Assembly (NCBI GenBank): GCA_037447605.1
Contig: CM074817.1
Span: 1,736,001-1,800,000 of the forward strand
Direction of reading: 5' to 3'
DNA: 64,000 nt
Source of the DNA: Zygnema circumcarinatum SAG 698-1b
Taxonomy: Eukaryota > Plantae > Zygnematophyceae
Of this stretch, positions 47,843-61,600 are shown one piece after another (position 1 is the stretch's first letter; every line of letters begins with the position of its first letter). Both the position numbers and the translations under genes were made by a program. The notes beneath the pieces are model-generated. The model ran no database searches and was not told the origin of the DNA. It saw only the letters and a program-made list of their open reading frames with translations.

Positions 47843-49249
47843 TGGGACTTTGGTCCAATCTCAGTCCTTAGATCTTAAATGGCAGCTTCCATCAAAATCC
47901 CAGCTTCCATCAAAGTCTGACCTCTGCCTTTTCGCGTATACGCCCCTCTCGTCGAGCCTTTTGTTGGCGTTAAGGATGGGGGCCACGAGTCTTGTCTTGA
48001 CGTCATAACAAGTGGTGACCAAAAAAGATCAGGTAAGTGTTGTCTGCGACAACCACCAATACTTAATGTAGATAATTGTTGTGGCAACCACCAATCATTG
48101 TGGTACCATGTGGGTATGTTCACAAATTGTGAACAGACCTATTTTGTACCAAGTACGTTAGGCTCAAGTTGGGTAAATTTGATAAGATTCATGAGTCATG
48201 TAGCAACTTGCTGCGTTACTTCCTCTTAGGAATAAACGTTTTTGTGCAAATGAATTCAAAGGTCAGGGCAGTTCGCCCACTCCATGTCTGCGTTTGCGTG
48301 CGTTGGGGTGCGTATTTGGAAGCCTTTCTTAATCTCGAACACAGTCGCTGAATTTTTTAGGCATCGCTTTTCTATTCCGCACCTGATGTATAGTGGCTTG
48401 CATTTCCAAATGCAGTCTTAGGAGCTCTTCACAGTTGGTGAGATTGTTTTCGTGTTCCTTGTGCTGGTAGGCCAGCTTCTGAATGGACGTGCGATCGCCC
48501 ACGCAGCCTTTTGAGGGGCGAAAATATCGGAGGTCAAACCTATATAAGTGCTTGCAAGAGCATCGACAAATGCGTGAGGACAATGTGGAGTTTTCAAAGT
48601 GATTATAAAATGTGTGTGCGAGTCTTGGCTTTGTCGAGCTCGAGGTTCTGAGAGGAGTAAATTTCCAGTCCTAGCTTTGTAGCAGGTTTGGGCTCGTAGC
48701 CATAATTAATTAAAGAGTAATTTGTGAAGATGTCGCTGTCATGATTCTGCGCATACTGTACGATAGTAAATTCAAGGCAGGGCCGCTGACAGCGCTGCTA
48801 GCTGTGTCATTTTTGTCTTGCTCATTTTTGTCTTGCTGTTAGCTTCGCAGCATTGGCTCTCTATGTTATCAGAAAAGTCATGTAATATATGCAGACATCT
48901 GGGCAGCATTTTGCGTTTTGTTTGTGCGTATGTCGTACTTTCAAGCGAAAATGGCACAAGGTGGCCCATGTGACGTCCAGCAGCCTAGCTGCCTTAAACG
49001 GCTGAGAGTGACACCCGTGTAATATAATGGGGCTGTTCTGTCATAAACTACTGCAACAGCGAACTCTATGCGTACTGGGCAGTGCGTTTTGCTGCATGAC
49101 CCGTACAGCTCATGTCATATGTGGTCCTGATATCCCGACGCCTGCTAAGCTCACAGCATTCTTTCAACGGTAAAGCCAGCTCCCTTCGGGTGTTCCACGG
49201 ACCATATCAGATTCAGTTGCCTGTCAGCTTCTTCCTTTGCCGGGGTTGA

Positions 49250-52200
49250 TTAATCAAGAGCAAAAAATGGATCGCTTCCCTTCACGGCGTTGTGGCGTAG
49301 GTCGAGCTCCCGACGAGCGATCCCGATGTCTTCATGTATTCTCTTCACCAGCGAATCTGCATGAGACAACATGACATCCATCCCAGCTTGAAGAATAACG
49401 GTAAGCATGAAAAGCGTCAACACTCGCAACAAGAACCGAAGCTACAACACGCGAACTCTGCTCAAGATTCAAAGGCAATGTCGTGCACATCTGAACGCAC
49501 CAAGAGAGTTGAACGGCATTTCTGGCCGAATGAAGCCGAGCACCAAGACCCGCATGTCCTTGCCATAGAAGTCCGCTCCAAAGTCGTGCAAAATGTGGAC
49601 CTCCTGCTCCATTTCAAGAATAGGCCCCTCTAATAAACACTTGACGTACATGATACCAACCTTCTAGCTTTTACTCACTTCCGACCCTCTAGCCAAGGAA
49701 AGATGACCACTTGCTGAGAAAACTTGAACCTGTTCTAACATCTAGAATCGTCATCAATCCCAGAATGGGTTTCTCGTAAAAAACTGCCGAGCAAAAGCCT
49801 TCTTCAATGGAAAGTTAACAAGTCACAGCTTAAAAGCAACAGAAATGAGATGTGATGAAGGCCATAGTTATGGGGGCAACATCTGAATGTTGTAGAATGT
49901 TGACTCACCACACTAAGACCCGCTGAATCTGCAAAAGTGGGGCGCTGCCCAACATTCATCACCATCTTGTGGACACTTCCGTCAAGTTCAGGCACCTGTG
50001 CCCATCCGAAATAAACTCCCTTCTCCACTCCCTCCAACTCGCTCTCTAGCTGCTCTGGTGGTAGATTTGCTGCAAACCGAGAAGGTATTGAAACACCATT
50101 CGTCACCATTCGGTTTGTGTTCAGAGTAGCGATGTAGGGATAGAGCTTGCCTCACTGTGGCTACCAGTTCCGGCTAGTTGTGCTAAATATGAGTGTGAAT
50201 ATAATAACATGTCGTACATTTAAAAAAGAGCAGCCTCTGTAAGGGGTTGGTTACCTGTAGGAACGCCCATTTGTCGGCTTCCCCTTCCGAAGCCATATAC
50301 AACAGGTCCCCTTAGCTGTAACGGAGCTTTCCAAAACTTATACTGCTCTGCCTCATCCACATCCGACCATACTCAACGTAAGAAAACGTCGAATACGAAA
50401 TGAACTTCAAAGAGTAGAAAGGCAGATAGTTTTGTTTATGTAAAGGCGGAATCTGCTAAAGGAGCTTGGAAAAGATTCATGTATCCTCATGGAAAAACAT
50501 GCTCGAAAACGTCAAAAAAATGCATCAGATGCACACTCACCATCTGCAGCACTGCTTGCTACCCCTGCATCGCTCGGCTTCACCTGCAGAAGCATAGATA
50601 AAAAATTTCAACCATTCCCTTTGATTTGATGCCCTTGTCATGCGTTGCAGGAAACGAATCTGTCTTGATCTCATCGAAGTTTGAGCCACATATGATAAAA
50701 GTGGAAACAAGATTACCTTGAGCACAGCGAGATAGAAGTCAGCCTCGTCTCGAAACTCTATGATTTCCAGACCTGCCTCCTCTGCCATGGGTTGGAGTGC
50801 TTCTCGATTGGGCAGCAAATGGGGGACAACCAACGGACTCTCCATGTGCAGCCGTTCAACAAACGGAGCACCAAGAGGATGGCTCAGTAATATTCGTGCC
50901 CCTGCAGTTGACCAAACTAGCGAGTAAATGTCAAGATTATGCTCAAGCTTAGTTGGCACGCCAAGACGTGGGTTCAAACAAATGACTATAGAATCATCAT
51001 CCGAACACATGATATGATGTGATGTTCACTCAGCTTACATAGTTACACATAAAATATGTAATACCCATAAGACCTTACTCTGCTTCGATTCACGAATGAC
51101 TGCTGATGTACAGTTGAAATGTACAAATTCGTTACAGGTCCAGCAAATGGAAACCAGCCACTGCCTATTTGCCTCAAGCACCTAGTTCCTTAGTTCATGT
51201 CAAGATAGAGCATCAAGCTTCTCTATATGAGAGCCAAAAGCAACCCAAATTTACATCTGCGAGGGCGAAACAAAGAGGAACATGACATCGCCTGCAATCC
51301 GCAATAAGAGCTCTTCTCCCGCCAGCGTGTCACTGGGCTGCTGGTCGCATTCACTTGACGGCAGTATAAGCATGATTAACTTTTTTCAGATGAAGTTTCT
51401 GCATACGGAATGATTTTGAAAACTAAACTTGCTGATGCAACAAGTTTGGACATGCACGGGACTTTACTACTTTTCGATTTCCAATCCAGCTTTAGATTTT
51501 TCTATAACATCCTACGGTTCAATTTGATGAAAGCATGTTGAACTTGAAGCTATGCGCACCCGAATAGTATTTCACTTTTTCGACAAGGCTCCCAGCTGTA
51601 TTGCTGTATTGCAGTATTGTAGCAAGTAATCCACCGCCAGATCCTCCGAGGAAACGAGAATGTTGGATTTACATACCTGGTGCAGTGAGCCGGACTGCAG
51701 ACTTCAATGCTTCCGTTTGAGAGTGAACGTTTCCAAACATGGCATTGAAGAACAGCACATCAAACGGACCATAATCTTCTGGAAGGTCATTGATATCTCC
51801 ATTCCAGCAGCATACACTGTCGAATTGCTCCTTCAGTTCCGCAATCATCATGGGGGAAAGGTCCACAGCTGCCCATACATACGTACACAGCTGCATATGT
51901 CAGACTCACCCACTTTTTTTCACCTCTCTCATAATTTTTAACATGTTCGATTGAAGCGTTTAATATTCTTGTCCTCGAACTTTAGCAACGTTCGTTAATA
52001 GTTGATAAGTTCAACTTTCTGTGATCGAATTGATGGAGAGCAAAACATTGACGGAACATTGTCTTGATGACTGCAAGTCTGACAACTGTGGAAGTTCATT
52101 CGTTTCATGTTTTTCTATTCACATGACTTATTCTTAGACTTCTCCATATCACACATGGCTGTTTCGTTATTGTATCAAGCTATTGTTCTGTGCACAAGTT

Positions 52201-52961
52201 AATGGCTCGATTCTGCCTTTCGTGTCCCTTTGAAGCTCCTTTGGACCATGCGTCTAACAGTCACATTCAACGTGCTGATAAGAGACCGCGAGACACTTGT
52301 CCTCGTAGAAGGAGAGTAAAAAAAAGGAAGACTGCATTCGTGGAACTTCCAACGTCCTTGTGTGAATATTTTTAAGGCAGGCTTTCGATTTCCTTTAGGC
52401 TTCCCTGGAACAACTTGGGAGGTTGGACTTCTGCGGTGCACCTGTGATGTCATCAGCGCCATTCCGAAAGATGTGTGGAATGAGTGGTCCCGTGCCTGCA
52501 CCGCAATCCAACACTCGACATCCTGCAGCCACACCTGAAGCCTTCACTATTTCTGCCAGCTTCTCATCTACATCCGGGGGAACAGGCCTCGAAAAAAAAT
52601 CGGAGTTTTCATCAAAAAACTCTGACTGCGACTTATTGTGGCATTCTCGGGGGCTATCTCCACTTTCTTGAGGGTCATAACGAGAAGGTGGATGCGCATG
52701 TCGGTCAAGGATATCGCTTAAACTATCGTTTTCTACTGACTTGCTGCTTATTAGGCTAATGGCTGACGATCCTTCCTCGGCAATTGTAGCTGCCTTCCAA
52801 CTCCTCCGACTCACTCTAATGTTTTCAGCTCTGCCGTTCAACTCTTGGAGATTAGAAATCCTTCCACTTCCCTCAGAAAATCTGTTGAAACTGCAGAGAG
52901 ACCAGGAACTAAAGCTCACTGTGAAATCTGCATTCAGCGCAGAAGCCAGCGTCCCTGCCAT
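49250..52961 (-). CDS. Class I SAM-dependent methyltransferase-like domain fused to riboflavin kinase (flavokinase), 8 exons, Ser-rich N-terminus
   Basis: Exons 52961-52442, about 51869-51677, 50902-50717, 50583-50541, 50371-50255, about 50069-49908, 49604-49499 and about 49356-49250 join in phase. Motifs: VLDCGAGTG, AVDLS, FDVLFFNAMF, SHPLG...FYLAVLK, then GPVVYGFGRGSRQMGVPT-ANL, GVYFGWA, KMVMNVGQRPTF, EVHILHDF, LGFIRPE. Confidence 0.8.
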
Positions 52962-53458
52962 GCCTCCTGCCACACGGCACCTTGAAAGCCCTCTTTTGAA
53001 ATAGATGCTGCTGCCGCAGACATTGCTACAAGATAGCAGCAGATGATGCCTGCAGAGGATCAGAGACCGAGAAAGAGAAAGGGATGCCATGACCATGTTA
53101 TAAAAATAACAGAGAAAATGACATGTGACCTCCGCCACCTGCACTGACAGCAAGACGGAACTTTAAATTTCTTTTCATGACGCCTGCGACTTCCCGCATT
53201 TCTCTCTCCGCTTCCTCCATCCTCTCCCTCTCACACTCATCACTGTAGAGACTGCTGTAGACTGCAGACTGTAGACTCATTCAGTAGACTCATAACTGTA
53301 GAATATCGCAGGCTCATCCCCTTCCCCGCAACTGAAAGAGCAGACGCACTTCCGCTTTCCATTCCTGTCTAACAAGAAGGCGCAAAAAAGCAGCTCTCCT
53401 TTTTTCATTGCTGAAATTTGAATCTATTCACGCCCTCTCTGCTCCCTGCTGAGTCGCC

Positions 53459-54982
53459 ATGGCTCAGGTTGCGTGCTTGCTCTCTGCTGCATCTGCTCCC
53501 GTTCAGCCCATACAGCAGAGCTTGGTGAGGCCACATGGCTTTTTTCTCGGAGTCTCCGTGGGAGTGTCTGGTAGGTTGAGACAGGTGACTGTGCCGCCCC
53601 TGCGAATAAGGTCGGCAAGCTACGGCATTCCTGACTATGGAATAATAAAAACCCCAAAAGCTCCTGGTGAAACAAAAGAAGAGCCTAAACCTGAGGAGCC
53701 CCAGCGCTTTTGGGAGTATGGAGCCCCAAAGCCATATGGATCACCTGCAACGTGAGACATGCAGCTCAATCTTGCAGAATGCGACTGAGCAATTCTAGAG
53801 ATTGAGTGATTCTAGAAGAGTCTGAAACTGCGAATGAAGAGTTGTCGAGGCATTTACCAATCAGTCTCTTGATGTCATGCTTGGCTACAGGTATACTGTT
53901 CCGAAGGGACTATCTGCACCTTTTGCATACAGCCCATCGACAAGCATTTCAACGGAGACTACTGATCAGAAGCTGCTAGACTCTCCTCCGGAGCCAGCTC
54001 TCTTAGAGCCTGTACCTGAACCCATCCTTCTTCCCCCCATAGACTATAGTGGAGGTGATGGCTCTGGAGGACACGCTGGAGGAAGCGGAGGAGGAGGTGG
54101 AGGAGGAGGTGGAGATGAGGGCAGCAGCAATGACGGTGGCGCAGATAAAGGAAAGGATGGGTCGAAGAAGCTGACAATGTCGCAGCTGCTAACTATGATC
54201 TACGCGGGCATTATCTTCTGTGAGTGATTGCACTAAACCAGAGCAGCACCCTTACCACGCAAAGGAAAACTCCAGCAGGCAAGCTTGCAGACTTTCCATA
54301 TTAGGATGCAGTCTGTAGAGGGTGCTTGTCACTTGACAGTGAGCTTTTGTTTAAGGACGATTAAACTAAGCCATAGAACTCCAATAAGAAATAGAGGTTA
54401 CTGTTGATTTTTTTTTTCTTCCTTAAGTTGGTGATTTTACATTGCATTTCTGATGGCACATTTTGATATGAGCTAAGAGGGCGGAATGCAGTGGGCGGCT
54501 TCATGGGATTCATGAAGAGTGGCAGCATCAAGTCTCTTGTTGCCGGAAGTGTATCTGCAGCATTTCTGTTCGCTGTCGTGCAGCTTCTCCCATCACAACC
54601 ACTGGCCGGCTCTCTTCTTGGATTAGGTGAGAATCTGCTAACGCGGACATGGAACCATTGCACAGACAATGCTGTTCACATCTACTTTGAACTCCCATGT
54701 TCTGTTGATCCTGACAAAAATAAGTTTGATTTCAAGACTCCGTGCGTTTTATCAAGTCTGTACTGGACAAATGGAGCCCACTCTGTAAGACTAAATTGTA
54801 TGGGATGGGATCGGATGGATGCGGTGCCTTGGGCTGCAGGCGTGTCAGGAGCGTTGCTGGCTGTTATGGGTCAGCGTTTTTTGAATTCAGGCCGTTTTTT
54901 CCCGGCAGGCTTCGTTTCGCTCATCTCATTTATCATGGGTGGAGGATACATTCATGGCATTGCCCGTAGCGGCCATAAGTGA
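53459..54982 (+). CDS. FATTY ACID EXPORT 2-like, TMEM14 family, plastid-targeted
   Basis: Transit-peptide-like N-terminus and Gly-rich linker, then MSQLLTMIYAGIIF-VGGFMGFMKSGSIKSLVAG...GQRFLNSGRFFPAGFVSLISFIMGGGYIHGI. FAX numbering differs between papers, so no symbol is given. Confidence 0.85.
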
Positions 54983-55665
54983 GCCTGCGATAAGGGGTGC
55001 AGGAGACTGCAACGAGGGGAGCATTGCTTGGCCAGTCATCGGCATTTTTGCAGTGGGAATAGAATAATGCCAAATAATTGCCAAAGTCAGCGAGCATGTC
55101 AGAATGGCTGCCATAAGCTCTGCTCGCTTGTACACGTGAGAGATGTTAATAACTCTGCTCTGCCAACACATACTCCGAGTTCAACACCTCTCAAGTAGAT
55201 TAGACATGCAGACATTGCGAATGCCTTGTTAGGAACGATTCTGAGAATAATGTTAGATTCGAACCCATAACACGAGTTTCAATAGCAATTAGGCGTCTGC
55301 CTGGTGCCATTTCAAAGCTCTTCCATATACATGCCGTGGGACCCTATATCGGGCCTCAAAAATGTTCTATATCCCAAAATTTTCTAGGTCCAGGAAATAA
55401 TGAACTTCCTGGTTCCCAAGCCTCATTTAAATGAAGGTCCAGAATCACTAATAAGTATTCACCTAAGGACCCACTTCCGAAATAGTACTGAAGACGGGTT
55501 GCAAAATTGGGCAGTGCAGCATTCTCTCATGCTGCATCGCGGAGTTACACCTGCTTCCAAATGGTTGCCAGCCAACCACCTGAATGACGTACATATCATT
55601 GTATGATAATGATGATATATATAAAAGAATGCAGGCATTCGCTAGGCAAGAGAAGACGGAGCCCC

Positions 55666-58600
55666 TCACTGGTCTGCGGTCCAGCGACGGAAAGGAAATT
55701 TCTGGAGGGGTTCGTCTCCGTCCCCAATGCCATCCTCGCCAAGGATTTGCCTCAAGCCGTCACCTCCCCAGACTCGCGACTCCGGGCGAGGAATTTGTGC
55801 TTGTGTCCGGTCCTCTACTTTTCCTGCAAGCTCCGAGTCGCCGGCCTTAACCGTCTCCCTCTGCAATACCTCCTTATGCCCTTCCTCTTCGCGGCTGGTG
55901 GGAACAACAGTAGCAGTTTTTGTTCTGTCCGCCGGCTCCACTCTTCTCGGAGAGTGGCGCAAAACGGTGGAGCTTATTCCCCCCTTCTGAGAAAGAGCGG
56001 TAATAGAATCAAGTGAAGCCCTAAGCCGTCTTCGGTGGTGAGTAGAGCCTTCATGCTTCAGGCCCTCAGCATCAAGACCGCTGACAGTTCCTGCTCGTGC
56101 AAAGGGGAGTGATGAGATTCCCTCACGAAGGATGCGGTGGAGAGTGTTGCCGGGAGAGATTCCACGATTGCTCCCACCCACACTGCCATGGTACGATGCA
56201 CCGGGAGACTTCGTAGGAAACTGAGAGCTGCTGCCAAAAGAATTCATAGACTTCCCAAGTCCCCTGCGGCGATGCACAGTGATGTCGCGGGAGAGGTCTT
56301 CAATACTCTCCTGCCACTCCCTCTCCAGATCCGCTGCTGAAACTGGAGCTGCAGTGGTTGCAATTCGCAGGCAGCTTTGTGAGCGGCCTGTGTCGAATCG
56401 AAGGGGCCAAAAACTTGCAACAGTGCTGGCCATCTTGTGAAACATAACCTGCACCCAAAAGGAACACGGATCACTACCAATGGAAAAGAAAGTAAAAAAC
56501 TAACAGAAGAGCCGTTCTCTCTCTACTCTGGGCTGTCCAAATGCCCATCCTGATTGTCGGCTTGTCAAAGCTCATTGTCTCACCTGGAAGGCGAGTAGTC
56601 GCTCGAGTGAGACAAATCTATTCTCTGTCAATTCTTCCAGCGGTGCCTGCGAGTCCAAAACGCGCTGCACATCGAGGTCCATGGCGCCAAGAAGTATGCA
56701 ACGTGCATCTGGACTTTCAATTTCTGCCGCATCAATCTCCGATCGCCCACCTGCCACCATGCCCAGCTGCATCCCCACATTGATAGTCAGCGCAGATATG
56801 GGGATATGACATCTGGGAATCTGAAATTCTAGAAATTGCCTGCACCTACATTCTTCTTTTCCCAGAGACTTATGCAGGTCCTCCGTAGCAAAGTTCTGTT
56901 CATCCTTACCCCGATTCGTCGAGCACGCTGTAGAGTCCCCTCTAAACAGAGATGAGCTCCGACAACCTGCGAATCAAACTCCTCAAATTTACTCCGCCCA
57001 CCTCCTGCTTGTACGACATGTCGTCGAGATGCCATTCGCTTCATCTGTAAGCCCACCATCTTGCCCTAATCAGGCCTCCCTTACTAGGATTGGGGAGTAG
57101 AAAGAGTGCCTTCAACAACTGTTCTAGCCATAGCTCCACTTGTCTATTATGAACGTCATATGGCTGCAAACTGCTTGGAACACAGCGATACGGGGTTGTT
57201 GAAGTGGTTCAAATTACCGGCTCGAAATCATCCACTCCCAAGAGTCTCTCACACAGAAATTGCGGCCTGTTACTTTGCAGCAACAAATGGCGTTTGATGA
57301 CTTTGCTCGTGTGTGGGTTGTGACCTGCCACGAATGCAAGCTCAACTGCCCACTTTCAGCTTTCCTGCATTAACTACTGCATCAATTGGCGGTCTGAACC
57401 TACTTCACCACTTCAACTCATGTCTTCACCGAATTCACCTTCTTTGCCCGAAATGTGAACTTAGCGCAGGAATAAGTGCGAGAAGGGAATTAAAAGGAGA
57501 AAGAAAAGGAGAGTGGAGAGGACGGACGGCAGAAACAAAAGCAGAGAAACAGATGATGTATTTGCAAATTTGTATTTGTGGAATGTGCAGGACTGAAGCC
57601 TGCATGAGTGGAAGTACGAGAGAGAAGAAATGAAGGAACGAGCAAAGAGAGGATGAAAACGGAGCAGAAACTCACCGATAGTGATGGCCTCAGCGCCCGC
57701 CCCGAGGCTGACTATGGAGCGAGCCTGCAGGAGGGCCATTAGCACCCATGACTCGCCTGCCAACACAGCAAGCAATAAGACATAAGTCATATGAGGTGCG
57801 AACAACAGTCCCCTTCTGCAAAGCAATAACAGACCATTTTCCTGAAACCCACTAGGCTAAAGCACAAGCATTCCCATACATTTGGTTTGACTGCAAAGTC
57901 GACCGTCGGGACGGCCGATAGCGAGCAGAACTCCGCGCTTCACCCGATGAGTGAAGCGATGCACAAAGTGGTCAATGGGGTTCGCCCCATGCACCTCCAC
58001 TGACGCAATCCTGCATGAGTAAATGAAAAAACGAGTCAAAGAACAGATAGAGAAGTTCACCATATAATAATTTTACGAATGAACGAATGTGTTTACATAA
58101 AGTTCTAAGCATTCAAGCCCATGAAGGGAACTGACCAGTAGCTCAAGGAAAACAGCTTAGAGACGTAAGTCTCCAGCAACTGGTGGACGTACGGAATGTC
58201 TGCCACCACCTGCAAGGAAGGCAACGATGCCTCCTCTGTTAGCTCTTGAAAACAGACTGAAAGGCAGGCCTGTGAAGGACAAGCACATAGAACAAGACTC
58301 TAGTCATGAATGCTGAGTGATTCAGTGTAGCTTCAAAAACCCAACACTTAAAGCACTTGGGATTGACGGCACCCATCTACATCAGCTGAACACGAATGAC
58401 AAAACAACAGACTCATAGAAGTAATTCCTAAACCTTTCGATATAGCCATGTTTGCTCAACGAGTGAAGCTATACCCCGCTTCGGAAAAAAGGCAAGAAGT
58501 GAGGGAAATTTACTATTGTGCGCATCCCGATGCGGGCAAGAAGTTGCCTCCCTTGCAACACCCGCAGGAGGAGAGCACAGAGGAGGGGCAGAAAGCAGTA

Positions 58601-61600
58601 CACGGCAGAGTCTAGGGCATGCGCAATATATGCACATACGTCATCTGCCCTCCCGCCTACATGCGCATACAAAAGGAGGATTCAGGAGCAGAGTTGGAGA
58701 GGGCTCTCATTGTTCGACCACTCGAAAAAAGCTGCTTTAGCGAGCGGTGGAAAAACGAAGCAGAGTGGAGGGACTCACTCAGCGGAAGGGCTTTGCGGAT
58801 GACTGTGAATATGGGGACCCCCAACACGACGGTAATAAAGATATAGGCACAAGCCATTCCCCAAGCAATTGGCGTCTCCAGGACATGAAGAGCCCACTGT
58901 CCCACCCAGCAACAGCATAAAGCATCCGCTCACGCTCAGGGCTTGCTGTTGCTGTTGTAAGTTGTCATAGCGTGCGAGTCAGTGAAGTTTCTCTGCACCT
59001 AAACCCCACAAGAAAAGGAGCGCACCTGAAACCCTTGCTGAATGAGGGCCTCGTGCGTTGCAGAGAAAGCTGCAGAGCCCTCTGCAGTGTAGCCAGTGAT
59101 GTCCACACTTCCACGATCAACCAAGGCATCTCGCATCCTCTGTGGAATTGTAGCAAAAACCGCAGTAAAGTAAGTAGACTGTAGAGGCTCAACAGAGCGA
59201 GCTTGTGACTAGAGAAGCATTTCTTGCATCCACGCTAACCTGCAAGTCCACAATGTCAAGCCGAGAGAGTCGAAGTCCCAAGGGTGCTGCAGGCAGGCCC
59301 GGGGCCGTCCGCAGTTGGCGGGCGAGCAGCAACATCAGCTCTGTGAGGGAGGCATGCATCGCGACAGCTGTCACAGTAGCAGCTTCCGCTGCGCCCCCAA
59401 CCCAAAGTGCACAACTCAGAAGCTTTCGTTGAAGAATTTAAAGGTACGGGTGGTGCATGGACTGGAACATGCCTTGCTTTGCCTGTTCAATGATGTCAGT
59501 TTGCCTGTTCAACAGTGTCAGTTTGCCTGTTCAATAGTGTCAGTTTGCCTGTTCAATAGTGGCAGTTTGCCTGTTCAATAGGGTCAGTTTTCCTGTTCAA
59601 TAGGATTCGCCTCCCTTACCGGATCGCCAGCCCGCATTAGTGCAGAAGATGCGCCCTCCAAATGGCGCATCTGTCGCGAAACGCTGCCCTACTGCAGCCG
59701 CCATTTTGGTGTCCAACATTCCCACACATACAAATACACGCCTGTGCCCCCAGCCGCTTCTACCAACGCGTGAGATCTTTGGGTCGTGACTGAAGCTTCC
59801 CCAAGCTGCAAGCATTAACACATGACTCCTTCCGCTCCCATTGCCGACGAGATCAGATACGGGACTCCTTGCAATAGCGACTATTGGCAGACCCGGCAGG
59901 CCTGCTTACCCCGGACACTGCTTTGCAAGAATGCGCGTGGCGTGAAGAGTCGGGAAAGTTTGTCCCGACTGTGAGAGAGCCAAGACGAGGGAGCTGCTGC
60001 TGAGAGCAGTGCCCAATTGGCAGAAGGAAAATCCGGCGGTGGAAATGGCACCACGAGCATTGCCCATCACTCCGATCACTTTGTTTGCTGACATAGGCAC
60101 CACTCGCAGTTGTGGAAAGAGGTTCTGCATGCCCATCAAATTTATGCACCATCACTAAATAATGCGAGTGGTGTTTTTATTCCATGGCGAGAGAAAGTGC
60201 TGAAGGAAGAAGCTGAGAGAGAGTTATGCTGACCTGGAGATCGGCTGCAAACTGTTCTCCCACCCAAAGGGAATTCTCGACACCTACGACCAGCACATCT
60301 ATCTCCCGCCGATTGTTGCCTTCTGATGGAACTTCGCCGGCTCGAGCACCTGCTTTCTCGCGCAGCATCTCGAACATTGCTTGGGCTGTCTGCCTGTTCA
60401 GGCTTGCGTCCGAAGCCCAGTCACTGCGGATCTCAGCTAGAATTCGAGGAATACTCTGCAGTAGTGTTGCCAATTCGACAGACGAATAATTTGAGCGAGC
60501 ATGACCACCTACATACTCCCTTGCCTAATACGTGCTTCCCAAAAACACGACTCTCTCATTCCTGTACTTCTCCACACAGACGAGAAACTTTGAGAACTGT
60601 ACTCTTGAGCTCACCTTGATGTCCTGACCCACAAGATCGTGACGTGACATCGGAGGATGCAGGGCAACATAGCGGTTGTTTTTGAGGTTTACAAGACGCC
60701 CTGATGACTCCAGCTCCTCCTGGATGCTCCAAGGCCAGAGACCCATAGATTGCATTCCATCAATTCCTAAAATCAACCAGCCTTGTGTAATGTCATGAAG
60801 TAGAACTAGTGCAGAAAATGGTGAGACGCACGCATTAGACCTCACCGCGGAAATGTCTCTTGAACAGTTTATGTGAGGCAGTGGAAGAAGCAACAGTCAG
60901 ATCAGCAAGAACAGATCTAGAAGCTTACAGATCCTACAGCACAGCTGAGTCGGCGATTATGCAAACGCAGCTGCACGAATGGCGCATTCTCCAGCACAAA
61001 CGCCCTGCTCTGTGACGGAACGCCTCCCTCCACATCCACATGCCCAAGCAGCGAGTGAGGCAGGCCTGCATGCATGGGGTACTCCCCCTTGCTCTCCTCT
61101 GCAATGCTGTCATGCCCGGGTGGCAGCAGCAGCAGCTCCAAGACTTCGCCGTCCGCTTCATCGAGGTCAAGGCGGCAACTGATGTGCTCTCCTGCTGACG
61201 CTTTCTTTCCATTCAATGTCGTTTTGGGCCCTTGCAAGGACACTTTTAAGGCATGCGATTCAGAAGAATAAAGCACTGCTCGCTGAGGGGGTGCGAAGCC
61301 CACTGAGAGCGGCTGATTGTATGCAGCGAGCACAACCCGGTCGGCATCAAGCGTGCAGCTCACCGCCAAACCAAAGGAGCCCTGCAGAATCATCGTTTGC
61401 CTAAGTGAGATTCTAGTTCTCGGTTCAACATAAAAAAGGTTGTGAGGGCCAAGAGTGCTCCATGGTTTAAAAGGCTGCGACGAACTGGCATGCCCACCTT
61501 AGCATGTGCCAGAAAGTGTTTGAGCGCCCAGAAGAGGTCATTGTGGAGGAAATTGCGCACTGTCTGCTGTGCCAACATTTGCAGAGTCTCCTCAGGGAGG

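Noticed and set aside
59478-59603. 22-bp repeats as tandem alternative splice acceptors (minus strand ...TTGAACAG)
   Set aside because: The conserved frame GWRS-AEAATV is met by the acceptor near 59392, and 22-nt steps would shift the frame; no evidence of use.
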